Shown: positions 18,384-28,918 of the stretch, one piece after another
How positions within the stretch are numbered: position 1 is the first letter of the stretch
Layout of the letters: each line of letters opens with the position of its first letter
NCBI GenBank assembly: GCA_963707025.1
Contig: CAVPOM010000004.1
Span: forward strand, 32,001-96,000
DNA from: an uncultured Verrucomicrobiae bacterium
GTDB lineage: Bacteria > Verrucomicrobiota > Verrucomicrobiia > Limisphaerales > Palsa-1400
Direction of reading: 5' to 3'
DNA: 64,000 nucleotides
Notes under the pieces: model-generated
Database searches by the model: none
What the model was told of the DNA's origin: nothing
What the model saw: the letters and a program-made list of their open reading frames with translations, nothing else
Translations under genes and position numbers: made by a program

Positions 18384-18743
18384 TTAACTTGCGTCCAAAC
18401 CGAGGGCCTGCCGGCCCTGCGGACTGATCATGCTTTGGTGCCAGGGCGGGTCCCAAACCAGTTCGACATTGGCCTCTTCGATCTGGTCCAGGGCGAGCAG
18501 TTTTTCCTGCACATTGCCGGCAATCTGCCCGCCCAGGTGGCAGCCGGGCGAGGTCAGGGTCATCTTCACGTTGGCCTGGGTTCCCGTCACTGAAACGTCA
18601 TAGACCAGCCCCAAATCCACGATGTTGAGCGGGATTTCCGGGTCAAAACAATGGCGCAGTTGACCCCAAATCAAGTCTTCAATTTCCGCCCGCCTGGCGC
18701 CATTGCCGGGGGCGGAGCCGGACGATGTTGGCTGCGTGTTCAC
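18384..18743 (-). CDS. Metal-sulfur cluster assembly factor (DUF59/SufT-like)
   Basis: DPEIPLNIVDLGLVY, MTLTSPGC, VWDPPW; GTG start inferred. Confidence 0.88.
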   Translation of the reverse strand: MNTQPTSSGSAPGNGARRAEIEDLIWGQLRHCFDPEIPLNIVDLGLVYDVSVTGTQANVKMTLTSPGCHLGGQIAGNVQEKLLALDQIEEANVELVWDPPWHQSMISPQGRQALGLDAS

Positions 18744-18762
18744 AAGCTGATAATATGATAAA

Positions 18763-19797
18763 TTATCGGAGCCTTTCGCGCAAGGCCTGTGCCACCGCAA
18801 TAAAAGCCTGCGCGGCCGGCCCTTCCGGCTGGCCAACCACAACGGGTACCCCGGCGTCGCCACCCACCCGGATTTCCGTAAAAAGGGGGATTTCGCCCAA
18901 AAACGGAATGTTGCGCCGTTGCGCCTCGGAGCGGCCGCCGCCGTGGCCAAAAATCTCCAGGCGCTCGCCGGCGGGTGTGACAAAATAGCTCATATTCTCC
19001 ACGATGCCAAGGATGGGCACATTGACCTTTTCAAACATGGCAATGCCTTTGCGAACGACTCCCAAAGAGGCCTCCTGCGGTGTGGTGACGATGACGCCGC
19101 CATCCAGCGGGACAGTCTGGCACAGGGAGAGTTGGGCGTCGCCGGTGCCCGGCGGCATATCCACCAGCAGAAAATCCAGAGGCGCCCATTCCACTTCGGT
19201 AATGAATTGCTGGATGGCCTTCATAATCATCGGGCCGCGCCAAATCACCGGGGCATCGTCCTCGACCAGGAACCCCATGCTCATCAACTTGACGCCGTGG
19301 CGCGCCGGCGGGACCAGTTTTTCCGCGGCGCTGACGGTGGGTTTATCGCGAATTCCCATCATCAGCGGGATGCTGGGGCCGTAAATATCGCAATCGAGCA
19401 ATCCGACTTGCGCGCCCAGATGCTGCAAAGCGCAGGCCAGATTGACCGAGAGGGTGGACTTGCCCACGCCGCCCTTGCCGCTGGCCACCGCCACCACGCG
19501 ATGGATGCCCGGCAGGTTGTTCTGCTGCGACCAGGCCGTGGCGCCGCCCGGCGCGGGCGAGGCGGCGATTTCGACATGAAGATGCTCCAGCTCCGGGACG
19601 GCGCGGAGAGCTTTCTCGACCTCGCCCTTGATTTGCGCGGCCACGGCGGGACTGCCGCCGGTCAACTGGAGGGAAACGCTGACCGCCCCGGCATTGACGG
19701 CGATGTTTTTGACAATGCCAAAAGAGACAATATCGCGCGAATAGCCCGGATATTTGACCGACTTGAGGGCCTGGGTGACAATTTCCTGATTGAGCAT
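18763..19797 (-). CDS. mrp: Mrp/NBP35 (ApbC) Fe-S carrier ATPase
   Basis: SGKGGVGKST, DCDIYGPS, WRGPM, DMPPGTGD, ENMS. Confidence 0.95.
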   Translation of the reverse strand: MLNQEIVTQALKSVKYPGYSRDIVSFGIVKNIAVNAGAVSVSLQLTGGSPAVAAQIKGEVEKALRAVPELEHLHVEIAASPAPGGATAWSQQNNLPGIHRVVAVASGKGGVGKSTLSVNLACALQHLGAQVGLLDCDIYGPSIPLMMGIRDKPTVSAAEKLVPPARHGVKLMSMGFLVEDDAPVIWRGPMIMKAIQQFITEVEWAPLDFLLVDMPPGTGDAQLSLCQTVPLDGGVIVTTPQEASLGVVRKGIAMFEKVNVPILGIVENMSYFVTPAGERLEIFGHGGGRSEAQRRNIPFLGEIPLFTEIRVGGDAGVPVVVGQPEGPAAQAFIAVAQALRERLR

Positions 19798-20051
19798 AGT
19801 TAGGACATGGTTCTTCGCGCCCGGCGAGGTTAAGGTTCAACGACGGCGGAGCAAAGACAAAAATTTAGCGGCCAGGCCCGTGCGCTGGATGGGTGTGCAA
19901 AGACCTGCCCGCCCAATACTGGCGGCAGTGCCGTCGCCACCAGGGCGGGCTTGCGCCCGTCCGGCTGCATTGCAAGGGCAGGATGGTGAACGCCCCCGGC
20001 AGAGGGGTAAGGAAGGCTTGTTTTTCAGCCGAACGCGGTTATTTTTCCGGC

Positions 20052-20267
20052 ATGAGCAAGATTGAGGAAATCGAGCAAGCCGTCGAGCGATTGCCTTTAA
20101 AAGAGTTCGCCATGCTGGCTGTCTGGGTTGACCGACGCCGCCGGCAGCTTGAAATCCCTGAGCCTGCCACCGACAAATGCCAGGCGGCCGTGCGCGACCA
20201 CAGCGCCTTTCTAAACAGCTACGCCCCTCAAGACGAGGGTCTTTACGACGATGCCGCAGCCCGGTGA
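20052..20267 (+). CDS. Putative antitoxin
   Basis: 71 aa, acidic C-terminus (QDEGLYDD), overlaps the toxin start. Confidence 0.6.
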   Translation: MSKIEEIEQAVERLPLKEFAMLAVWVDRRRRQLEIPEPATDKCQAAVRDHSAFLNSYAPQDEGLYDDAAAR

Positions 20268-20574
20268 ATTCTGGCTGGCGGATATTCCTTTCACAACCGG
20301 CGCCGCCTCGAAGCTGCGTCCCGTTTTGGTGCTTTGGACGGATGCGGCTGATGTTGTGGTGGCGGCGGTTACTTCGGCACAGCCGCGTACCAAGACCGAT
20401 GCAGCCTTGCAAAACTGGGCCGGCGCGGGTTTGCGCGTGGCCTCCACCGTAAGACTTTCCCGGCTGGACTGTCTGGAACGACACCTTTTGCGCCGCCGGT
20501 TGGGTGCCCTTGATCCGCTCGATGCCGGGCAGTTGCAGCGCGTTTGGGCGAACGAAATCCGGCTGCGGTTCTGA
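20251..20574 (+). CDS. PemK/MazF family toxin
   Basis: PGEFWLADIPFT...KLRPVLVL...VVVAAVTS...GLRVASTVR. Confidence 0.85.
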   Translation: MPQPGEFWLADIPFTTGAASKLRPVLVLWTDAADVVVAAVTSAQPRTKTDAALQNWAGAGLRVASTVRLSRLDCLERHLLRRRLGALDPLDAGQLQRVWANEIRLRF

Positions 20575-20675
20575 CCCTGCGCCAGCGCGCGCCGGCGGGG
20601 GCGGCGGAAGTTCTTGTTGCAATCCGCCTTGGCCGTGTGAACACTCTGCCGGAGGGTTAAATGGACCCTCCTTTT

Positions 20676-21419
20676 ATGATCGAACTGGCCAATCAAATCG
20701 CCGTGGTGACCGGGGCGGGACGGGGCATCGGGCGTGCCATCGCGCTGAAATTTGCGGCGGCGGGGGCGGAGGTGGCGTGCGTTTCGCGCACGGCGGAGAA
20801 TGCGGAAAAAGTGGCGCAGGAAATCCGCGCCCTCGGGCGCAAGGCCTGGGCGCACGCGGTGGACGTGGCCGATGCGGCCGCCGTGGCCGCGGCGGCGGAA
20901 GCGATTCTGGCGGAGGCGGGCCGGGTGGACATTTTGGTCAACAACGCCGGGATCAACCGCGACGGATTGATGATGCGGATGAGCGAGGCGGATTGGGACG
21001 CGGTCTTGGACACAAATTTAAAAGGGGCGTTTTCCTTTACCAAAGGCTTGAGCCGTGCTTTTCTCAGGCAGCGCTCGGGGCGGATCTTGAACATCTCCTC
21101 GGTCATCGGGCTGATGGGCAACGCCGGGCAGTGCAATTATTCGGCCAGCAAGGCCGGGCTGATCGGTTTTACCCGGGCGGCGGCGCGGGAATTCGCCTCG
21201 CGCGGCGTCACGGTCAACGCCCTGGCGCCGGGCTACATTGAAACGGACATGACGGCGGTGATGACGCCGGAAAGCAAGGCGGAGATAGCCCGGCACATCC
21301 CCTTGGGCCGGTTGGGGCGGACGGAAGACATCGCCGCGGCGGCGCTGTTCCTGGCGGGGCCGGGTGCGGCTTACATCACCGGGCAGGTGCTGACGGTGGA
21401 CGGGGGCCTGGTGATGTAG
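20676..21419 (+). CDS. fabG: 3-oxoacyl-ACP reductase
   Basis: [28 protein letters not shown]; next to acpP and fabF. Confidence 0.95.
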   Translation: MIELANQIAVVTGAGRGIGRAIALKFAAAGAEVACVSRTAENAEKVAQEIRALGRKAWAHAVDVADAAAVAAAAEAILAEAGRVDILVNNAGINRDGLMMRMSEADWDAVLDTNLKGAFSFTKGLSRAFLRQRSGRILNISSVIGLMGNAGQCNYSASKAGLIGFTRAAAREFASRGVTVNALAPGYIETDMTAVMTPESKAEIARHIPLGRLGRTEDIAAAALFLAGPGAAYITGQVLTVDGGLVM

Positions 21420-21532
21420 AGCCAGGCGGGCCGGAGGCGCCAGGCGCTTGCGGCGAGAATAAAAATGCAATAGGACTTGACGCCCCCGGCAACCTGGGGC
21501 ATAGAAAAGCCAAACAACAACGGAGTTTACCA

Positions 21533-21778
21533 ATGCCTGAAAAAACAATTGAGGAAAGAGTCAGAGAGATTATCGTTGAACAACTGGGCGTCAACGCTGA
21601 CCAAGTCACCCCCGAAGCCAAATTCATCGAGGATTTGGGAGCTGACTCGCTGGACACGGTGGAATTGGTGATGGCGCTGGAAGAGGAGTTTGGCAACGAA
21701 ATCCCGGACGAGCAGGCCGAGAAGCTGCAAAGCGTGGGGGATGTCATTAAATACATTGAGGACACCCAGAAAAAGTAG
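21533..21778 (+). CDS. acpP: Acyl carrier protein
   Basis: [20 protein letters not shown]. Confidence 0.97.
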   Translation: MPEKTIEERVREIIVEQLGVNADQVTPEAKFIEDLGADSLDTVELVMALEEEFGNEIPDEQAEKLQSVGDVIKYIEDTQKK

Positions 21779-21797
21779 TGGCTTCGCCCGTTGACGG

Positions 21798-21830
21798 GGC
21801 AGCGCGTCTGACGCCGGGCTGCCTTTTTTT
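21798..21830 (+). terminator. Intrinsic terminator/attenuator after acpP
   Basis: ggcagc...gctgcc followed by T-run. Confidence 0.55.
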
Positions 21831-23090
21831 ATGGCGCGACACTGGATAGACCGCAGAGTGGTAATCACCGGGCTGGGGGCGGTGTCCTCGCTCGGCCAGA
21901 CCGTCGAGACCTTTTGGAAAAACATACTCGACGGCCAATGCGGCATCCAAGCCATCACCGCTTTCGACGCCTCCGCCTACGACTGCCGGATCGCGGCGCA
22001 AATCAATCAATTCGATCCCAGCCCGGCTTTTCCCTCTCCCAAGGACGTGCGCCGGGCGGATCGCTTCACCCAGTTTTCCGTCTTCGCCGCCCATCAGGCT
22101 CTGCTGGACTCGGGCGCGGACCTGGACAAGGTGGACCGGGACCATGTGGGGGTGTTCATCGGCTCGGGCATCGGCGGATTGCATACCACCGAAGCGCAGC
22201 ACCGCAATCTCCTGAGCAATGGCCCCGGGCGGCTTTCCCCGTTCATGATTCCGATGCTCATTCTCAACATGGGTTCGGGGCTGTTTTCCATCTTCCAGAA
22301 TTTGCGCGGTCCGAATCTGGCCACTTGTTCGGCCTGCGCCACCGCCACCCACGCCTTGGGCGAGGCCTGGCGGACCATCAAAATGGGCGACGCCAACATG
22401 ATGTTTGCCGGGGGCAGCGAAGCGGCCATCATCCCGATGGGCATGGGCGGCTTTTGCGCCATGCGCGCCCTGAGCACGCGCAACGACGATCCGCAACACG
22501 CTTCCCGGCCCTTTGATCTGGACCGGGATGGATTTGTCATGGGGGAAGGCGCCGGGGTGCTCGTGCTGGAAGAATTGGAACACGCCAAGGCGCGCGGCGC
22601 CCGCATTTACGCGGAAATGACCGGTTACGGCAACACCGCCGACGCCAACCATCTCACCGCGCCGTCGCCCGGCGGAGAAGGGGCGGCCCGCTGCATGAGG
22701 ATGGCGCTGCGCTCGGCCGGACTGAACCCTTCGGACATTTCCTACATCAACGCGCACGGCACCTCCACCCAGCAGGGCGACATCGCCGAAACTCAGGCGA
22801 TCAAGTCCGTTTTCGGCGCGGACGCGAAAAAAATCGCGGTCAGCTCCACCAAGGGCGCGACCGGGCACATGTTGGGCGCGGCCGGCGCGGTGGAGATGAT
22901 CCTTTGCGTCAAGGCCATCCAGGCCGGCGTCGTTCCCCCCACCATCAATCTGGAGAAGCCCGATCCGCAATGCGATCTGGACTACGTGCCCGGCGCGGCC
23001 AGGGAAATGAAGGTCGCCGCTGCTGTCAACAATTCCTTCGGTTTCGGCGGCCACAACGCCTCCGTCATCGCCGTCCAGTTCAATGGTTGA
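21831..23090 (+). CDS. fabF: Beta-ketoacyl-ACP synthase II
   Basis: SACATA, NAHGTST, GHMLGAAG, NSFGFGGHN. Confidence 0.96.
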   Translation: MARHWIDRRVVITGLGAVSSLGQTVETFWKNILDGQCGIQAITAFDASAYDCRIAAQINQFDPSPAFPSPKDVRRADRFTQFSVFAAHQALLDSGADLDKVDRDHVGVFIGSGIGGLHTTEAQHRNLLSNGPGRLSPFMIPMLILNMGSGLFSIFQNLRGPNLATCSACATATHALGEAWRTIKMGDANMMFAGGSEAAIIPMGMGGFCAMRALSTRNDDPQHASRPFDLDRDGFVMGEGAGVLVLEELEHAKARGARIYAEMTGYGNTADANHLTAPSPGGEGAARCMRMALRSAGLNPSDISYINAHGTSTQQGDIAETQAIKSVFGADAKKIAVSSTKGATGHMLGAAGAVEMILCVKAIQAGVVPPTINLEKPDPQCDLDYVPGAAREMKVAAAVNNSFGFGGHNASVIAVQFNG

Positions 23091-23188
23091 CCCGCTTTCG
23101 CGCCAGGCTTCGGCGCACCCGGACCCACGCCGCCGCGCACCGGGCGGGTGGGTGGGCTTGGCCCGCCGGACGGGGCGTCCTGGCCAAA

Positions 23189-23678
23189 CTATCCCTTGAA
23201 CACCACCAACACGCCGTAGTCCTCCACCTGGTTGTGGGTGGACATGTCAATGGTGCTGTAGTTAATGGTGTTGATGCTCACGATGTTGACCTGCCCGACC
23301 TCCTCCAGGAAGTGGGATACCTTCTCATCGAAACGGTCCCGCCCCACCTCCTGGCAATCCGATCTTTTGAAGGTTTTGATGCGCATGGTCTTGTCACCGG
23401 TCTTGGCCACCACCTCCAGCGGGCGGCTGGGTTTTTGGATAAGCCCGTCCGCCGGCGCCTCGTCGGGCCGGCACGCTGAAGTGCCTGGACTCGTGAAAGG
23501 CTGCGATGGCGTCGGGCGCGGCGGGGGCCGGGGCGGGCGCGGGCGCGGGGCTGCTTGATGATTGACTGGGCACCGTGATGGTGTTGAAACAGGAGGGGCA
23601 TTGCAGAGTGGATCCGGCCCCGCCGGCATCCACTTCCAATTCCTGGTCGCAGTGCGGACATTTGAAGACGACATCCAT
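23189..23678 (-). CDS. Zn-ribbon hypothetical protein (apparent frameshift ~23500-23550)
   Basis: N-terminus CPHC..CPSC in one frame; C-terminal folded domain in another. Confidence 0.55.
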
Positions 23679-23839
23679 AGTTAACTCACTTTGGTGTTGG
23701 GTTTAGGCTGTATGGCGTCAGAGTAGCCGCCGCGCCGGAAAAATCGAGACAAATCTTTGCGCTGGCAGGTTTTCCAGCCCTCTCCTGCCCGGGCTGTTTT
23801 GAACTTTGAATTCCGCCGCGGCAAGTTTATACTGGCATA

Positions 23840-24484
23840 ATGAAACGTGAGCATATTCTGGCCGGTCTTTTCCTCGGCCTTTCTCTTTTGCGCCTGCCGG
23901 CCGTGGGACAGGACGCCGCCGCCACCAACGCCGCCGCGGTGGCGGAACAACAAGGCGTGGATGAAAAGTTCAAATCAATGGCCGCCGACATCAAAAGCCT
24001 GCGCGACGCCAACCAGATGCTCCTGGAAAAATTGTCCGCGCTCACCGATGACCTGCGGCAGATTCGCACCGAGCAGGCCCGCCTGGCCGCCACTGCCGTC
24101 GGGCGCGATGACCTCAAGCCGCTGGCCCAACGCATTGAGGAAGTGGACAAGAAACGCCAGGAGGACAAGGAGTCCATTTCAGAGGAGATCAAACAATCGG
24201 CCGCCCGCCTGGAAAAGCTGCTGACCAGCGCCCCCGAGATTTCGCCCAAGCCTCCGCCCATCAAACCGGCCCCCGGCGCGCCGCCGGCCGCGGAGGACGG
24301 ATTCAGTTATACGATCAAAGACGGCGACAGACTGCTGGACATTGTCAACGCCTACAACGCCGACTTCAAAAGCAAAGGGATGAAGACCATCACCTTGAAA
24401 CAGGCCATGCAGGCCAATCCGGAGGTGGATTGGACCCGTTTGAAAATCGGCCAAAAAATCGTCATTCCCCATCCGCCGGAGTAA
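23840..24484 (+). CDS. Secreted coiled-coil LysM-domain protein
   Basis: Signal peptide; YTIKDGD.L..I...ANPEVDWTRLKIGQKIVIP. Confidence 0.85.
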   Translation: MKREHILAGLFLGLSLLRLPAVGQDAAATNAAAVAEQQGVDEKFKSMAADIKSLRDANQMLLEKLSALTDDLRQIRTEQARLAATAVGRDDLKPLAQRIEEVDKKRQEDKESISEEIKQSAARLEKLLTSAPEISPKPPPIKPAPGAPPAAEDGFSYTIKDGDRLLDIVNAYNADFKSKGMKTITLKQAMQANPEVDWTRLKIGQKIVIPHPPE

Positions 24485-24496
24485 CCGGCCGCCCTC

Positions 24497-24973
24497 ATGC
24501 AAATCACCCGCGCAGGCGAATACGGCGTTTTGGGCCTGATGAATCTGGCCCGGCGCGCTCCCGGCGAAATGGCCATGATCGAAGAGGTCAGCCGGATGGA
24601 GAAAATACCGGGCAGCTTTCTGGCCAAAATTTTCCAGCATCTGGTCAAAGCCGGCCTGGTCCGTTCCAACCGGGGCGCGCACGGCGGTTTTGCGCTGGCC
24701 CGCAACCCGGCGCAAATCACCGTGCTGGAGATTATTGAAGCGATCGAAGGCAAAATTATTTTCCAGCGTTGCAAACTGGACAAGCCGGACTGTCAACACG
24801 TCGGCGGTTGCGCGGTCTGCGGCTTGTTTGAACAGGCGCAGGACGGGGTCAAAGAGGTGCTGGCGCGCACCAGCCTGGGCGGCCTGCTGGCTCGGAAGAT
24901 GCCGGCGCCCGCGCTGGCTTCCCCCGCCCGCCGCCGCCACCGCCCGAGCCTGGGGCGCGCGCGCCGCCCATGA
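24497..24973 (+). CDS. Rrf2 family transcriptional regulator
   Basis: FLAKIFQHLVKAGLVRSNRGAHGGFAL; C-x5-C-x5-C cluster. Confidence 0.9.
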   Translation: MQITRAGEYGVLGLMNLARRAPGEMAMIEEVSRMEKIPGSFLAKIFQHLVKAGLVRSNRGAHGGFALARNPAQITVLEIIEAIEGKIIFQRCKLDKPDCQHVGGCAVCGLFEQAQDGVKEVLARTSLGGLLARKMPAPALASPARRRHRPSLGRARRP

Positions 24974-25386
24974 AGCCGGCCCCGGCTCTTTACAATCCCA
25001 CCGTGCTGGATCATTTCCTGAACCCGCGCAACGTGGGGGAAGTGCCGCAAGCCGAGGCGCTGGGCCAAGCGGGCGAACCCAATTGCGGCGACACCATGCG
25101 GCTGAGCCTGCGCATCCAGGACGGCAGGATTGTGGACGCACGGTTCCGAACCCTGGGCTGCGGCGCGGCCATCGCCAGTTCCAGCATGGCGACCGAATTG
25201 CTCAAAGGCAGGACGGTGGAGGAGGCGCGGCATTTTTCCAACGAGGAGGTGGTGGCGGCGTTGGGGGGATTGCCGCCCGCCAAGCGCCAATGCTCCGTCC
25301 TGGCCGGGCAAGCCCTGCGCGCCGCGCTGGCAGATTATGACAGAAGGCGTCCCGGCGCGGACGCCCCCCGCCGGCCCGGCCGCTGA
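24970..25386 (+). CDS. iscU: Fe-S scaffold protein IscU/NifU
   Basis: LDHFLNPRNVG, CGD, GCGAAIASSS, KRQCS. Confidence 0.88.
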   Translation: MKPAPALYNPTVLDHFLNPRNVGEVPQAEALGQAGEPNCGDTMRLSLRIQDGRIVDARFRTLGCGAAIASSSMATELLKGRTVEEARHFSNEEVVAALGGLPPAKRQCSVLAGQALRAALADYDRRRPGADAPRRPGR

Positions 25387-25398
25387 ACCGTCCCGCCG

Positions 25399-26577
25399 AT
25401 GCGCCACGTTTATTTAGACCACCAGTCCGCCACGCCCGTTTTGCCGGAGGTTCTGGAGGCGATGCAGCCGTTTTTCACCGAGGCTTATGGGAACCCTTCT
25501 TCGTTGCACCGGCACGGCTTGCTCGCCCGCGACGCCCTCGACAAGGCCCGCGCGCAGATCGCCGCCTTCATCAACGCGGCCGCGCCCGAAGAAATCATCT
25601 TTACTTCCGACGGGACCGAAGCCGGCAACCTGGCCGTCAAAGGAGCCGCCGCCGCCAATGAGCGCAGCGGCAACCATCTTATCATCAGCGCCACCGAACA
25701 CCCGGCCGTGATCGCCTCGGCCGAATACCTGGAAAGCCGCGGCTTTGCCTGCACCCGCCTGAAAGTGGACGCGGAGGGCGTGGTTGATCCCGGCAACGTC
25801 CGCTCCGCCATTATTGACAAGACGATTTTAATCGCCGTCCATCACGTCAACCATGAGATCGGCACGATTGAGCCGGTGCGGGAAATCGGCGCCCTGGCCA
25901 GGGAGCGCGGCATTGCCTTTTATGTGGATGCCGAGGCCAGCGCCGGCTGGCTGCCCATGGATGCGCAGGACTGGGGCGCCAGCCTGCTTTCCTTTTCCCC
26001 GCACCGCTTTTACGGGCCAAAAGGCGTGGGCGTCCTGTATCAAAATCGGCGCACCCGCCTGGCCGCAATGCTGCACGGGGGCGACCAGGAAGACGGGCGG
26101 CGGGCCGGAGTGGAGAACGTGCCGGCCATTGTCGGGGCGGGCGCGGCGGCGGAAATCGCCGGACGCGAACTGGCGCAACGCCGCGCCCACTGCGCCCGTT
26201 TGCAGCGGCGGCTGTGGGACGGTTTGCGCGCCAAAATTCCCCATATCAAGCTCAACGGCCCCGAACCTGGACCCGGCCGCCATCCGGGCACCTTGAACAT
26301 TTCCACCGAATTCATCGAAGGCGAAGCGCAATTATTGCTGTGCGACATGCAGGGCATCGCGGTGGCCAGTGGTTCCAGTTGCGTGAGCCGGTCGCGGCAA
26401 ATCTCCCACGTCCTCGCCGCCATCGGTCTGGACCCGGCGCTGGCCCGCGGCAACATCATCCTCTCCCTGGGCCGGGACAACACGGAGGAGGACGTGGACT
26501 ACGTGATCGAGACCTTCCCGAAAATCGTCGCCAAACTTCGCGCCCTCTCCCCCGCCTGGCAGGACAAACCCATCTGA
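25399..26577 (+). CDS. IscS/NifS-like cysteine desulfurase homolog with PLP Lys replaced by Arg
   Basis: YGNPSSLH, EHPAV, NHEIGTI, SPHRFYGPKG, SGSSC. Confidence 0.85.
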   Translation: MRHVYLDHQSATPVLPEVLEAMQPFFTEAYGNPSSLHRHGLLARDALDKARAQIAAFINAAAPEEIIFTSDGTEAGNLAVKGAAAANERSGNHLIISATEHPAVIASAEYLESRGFACTRLKVDAEGVVDPGNVRSAIIDKTILIAVHHVNHEIGTIEPVREIGALARERGIAFYVDAEASAGWLPMDAQDWGASLLSFSPHRFYGPKGVGVLYQNRRTRLAAMLHGGDQEDGRRAGVENVPAIVGAGAAAEIAGRELAQRRAHCARLQRRLWDGLRAKIPHIKLNGPEPGPGRHPGTLNISTEFIEGEAQLLLCDMQGIAVASGSSCVSRSRQISHVLAAIGLDPALARGNIILSLGRDNTEEDVDYVIETFPKIVAKLRALSPAWQDKPI

Positions 26578-26634
26578 ATCTACCCAAAAGCCAGCCATGA
26601 ACCGTTCCGGGGAGCATACGCGCCCTCGCGTGTG

Positions 26635-26667
26635 GCGGCCGGCGCCCTCGCCGGCCGCTTTTCTTTT
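26635..26667 (+). terminator. Intrinsic terminator of the isc operon
   Basis: gcggccggcg-ccct-cgccggccgc then ttttctttt. Confidence 0.85.
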
Positions 26668-26683
26668 GTTCCATAGGAATTGC

Positions 26684-26983
26684 ATGGATCCTCCCTCAGC
26701 GCTGACGGCGCGTTACCCGCGGATTTGGGATCTCATCCAGCCCTTGCCACGGAGCGTCCGGTTGGGCTACATTGACGGCATGACCGTGAAACGGACAAAA
26801 TCAGTAACCCTTGAAGAGCTCTGGGATTACGAAGCCAGGCATCCCGTGGTCTTCGCGTCACCCCGCGCCTTGGCCGAAGCGCGTCTTATTGCTGATTTGT
26901 ATCGCGCAAGGCATTGGCGCCGCCTTATGCGGGCTAATGGTGTGGCACATGATTCATCGCGCCGCAAGCTTGCAGTGGCCTAA
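26684..26983 (+). CDS. Hypothetical protein
   Basis: 99-aa ORF, no recognised motif. Confidence 0.35.
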   Translation: MDPPSALTARYPRIWDLIQPLPRSVRLGYIDGMTVKRTKSVTLEELWDYEARHPVVFASPRALAEARLIADLYRARHWRRLMRANGVAHDSSRRKLAVA

Positions 26984-26988
26984 AGCCT

Positions 26989-27092
26989 CCCCGACAAGTG
27001 CCCGGTCGTAAACTCGCTGGATTCCAGCTCGCGCCCTGTTTGCCCTTCGCAACCTGGAATCCACCGCCATCACCACCAGGGCACGGCTTCGC
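26989..27092 (-). other. Conserved structured non-coding element, copy 1
   Basis: Homologous to 33724-33825 with compensatory stem changes. Confidence 0.65.
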
Positions 27093-27112
27093 TCACCATG
27101 CTCGCTGATTGG

Positions 27113-28396
27113 TCAGGGGAAGCCGAGGCCGTAGAAGCGTCCTGAACTGTTTCCCTGCAGTGGTTCGCTGTAATGAAACAAGCCGTTGACGAGCGTGTTC
27201 GTCGTCAGCGGAACCCAATCTGCGTTGGCCAGATTTGTACAGACTTCCACCACGACGGCAAAATCATTCGAAGCCGTGATGTCGAACCCAAATTGATTAT
27301 TCCTCATCCCAAAACCACCGTCGCCGGTTTGAATCACCGGATTCCAAAGCACAGGGGACAGCCCGCCGAAAGGGGAACTCCATCCGGTCGTGCCAGGCAA
27401 ATAATAGACCGCCGCATCGTTGTCAGGAGAGAACACATTCGAGCCAAGGGTGGGAGCGTCGCCCGTGAAATACACGCTCCGCAGGTTCGTGGAGTTATTG
27501 AACGCATAATCTCCGATGCTGGTGACGCTGCCGAGCACCGTGACGCTGGTCAGGCTTTGGCACATGAGGAACGCACTGCCCCCAATGCTGGTGACGCTGC
27601 CGGGAATGGTCACGCTGGTGAGGCCGCTCTGCTCGAACGCACCGTCCCCGATGCTGGTCACCCCGCCGGGAATCGTCACGCGAGTCAAGTTGGTGCAGTA
27701 ACCGAATGCCAACTCTCCGATGTTAGTGAGGCTGCCGGGAATCGTCACGCTGGTCAGGCTGGTGCAGGAAAAGAACGCCTGAACTCCGATCTCGGGCACA
27801 CCGTTGCCAATCGTGACGCTGGCCAGGTTGGTGCAGGCATCGAAGGCATCCAATCCGATGTTGGTGACGCTGCCGGGAATCGTCACGCTGGTCAGGCCAG
27901 AGTCAGCGAATGCCTCATCCCCGATGCTGCCTACGCCATTGACAATGATGACGTTTGTCAGGTTGTTGCACTCACCGAAAGCATTATACCCTATGCTGCT
28001 AACGCTTCCAGGAATCGTCACGCCCTCAAGATCAACACATCTGAAAAACGCAAAATCTCCGATGTTAGTCAGGCTGCCCAGAATCGTGACATTGGTCAAG
28101 TCGGTGCAGACCTCAAACGCATTCGCTTCAACACTGGTGACGCCGGAGGGAATCATGACCTCGGTTATGAGGGAGCCGCCGGAATTGCCAAAAACGTCGC
28201 TGAACGCGCCATGCCCGATAATGGTCACGGTCAGGCCGTTGGTGGTGGGTGGAATCGCCACGGCCCCTCCAGTCCCCGTATATTGGGTAATGGCGATGGT
28301 ATTGTCGGCATTTGTAGAAATAACGAATTGGGCTTGCACCGCCGCCGGTGCGGCCAGTACCAGTGAGCCTAAAATGATGGGCCAGGTTTTTTTCAT
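27113..28396 (-). CDS. BspA-type leucine-rich repeat (LRR_5) secreted protein
   Basis: Signal peptide MKKTWPIILG; repeats LTSVTIPGSVTSIGxxAF; C-terminal RFY domain. Confidence 0.9.
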   Translation of the reverse strand: MKKTWPIILGSLVLAAPAAVQAQFVISTNADNTIAITQYTGTGGAVAIPPTTNGLTVTIIGHGAFSDVFGNSGGSLITEVMIPSGVTSVEANAFEVCTDLTNVTILGSLTNIGDFAFFRCVDLEGVTIPGSVSSIGYNAFGECNNLTNVIIVNGVGSIGDEAFADSGLTSVTIPGSVTNIGLDAFDACTNLASVTIGNGVPEIGVQAFFSCTSLTSVTIPGSLTNIGELAFGYCTNLTRVTIPGGVTSIGDGAFEQSGLTSVTIPGSVTSIGGSAFLMCQSLTSVTVLGSVTSIGDYAFNNSTNLRSVYFTGDAPTLGSNVFSPDNDAAVYYLPGTTGWSSPFGGLSPVLWNPVIQTGDGGFGMRNNQFGFDITASNDFAVVVEVCTNLANADWVPLTTNTLVNGLFHYSEPLQGNSSGRFYGLGFP

Positions 28397-28918
28397 TTCT
28401 GAGCGATGGTCATTGTATTTTGAGCCTTGTCCGGTCATTTTGGGACTCCGTTGGTGTACAAGGTTGCCAGTTGATCGTAGCCGCTCCTTTGAGAAGGTAA
28501 CGGCGGACCGCACCGGCGTCAAACTTAAAAGCCAGTTCCTTGCGGCACAGAATTTACTCTCATCTCCATAAACTGCGGCCTTCCAAGCCTTCGAGACGCG
28601 GGGCATACAGTCGCAATTCCCGCGCTCTTTCCTCGCCTTCGCGGACAATTCCAGGACTCAATGGCGTTGAAGCCACCCGGTTCATCCGCCTTCGCAGGGC
28701 CTCCTGTTCAAACCTCCTGTTCATTCCGCATTTTCTTTAAAACCGGCCTTGACAAAAATTAGAACCTATGGTTGAGTTGCCAGCGTGAGACACGTAGGCA
28801 CAGCCGCAAGCCGCCTCCCGGAGGTTGCGCCCGGCGCAGGCGTCGAGGGCGGGGAAAGATCCCCGGCACCTTGCCATGCGCGCCACCACCGAAATGGATG
28901 GCGGTCCGTTCTAGTTGT

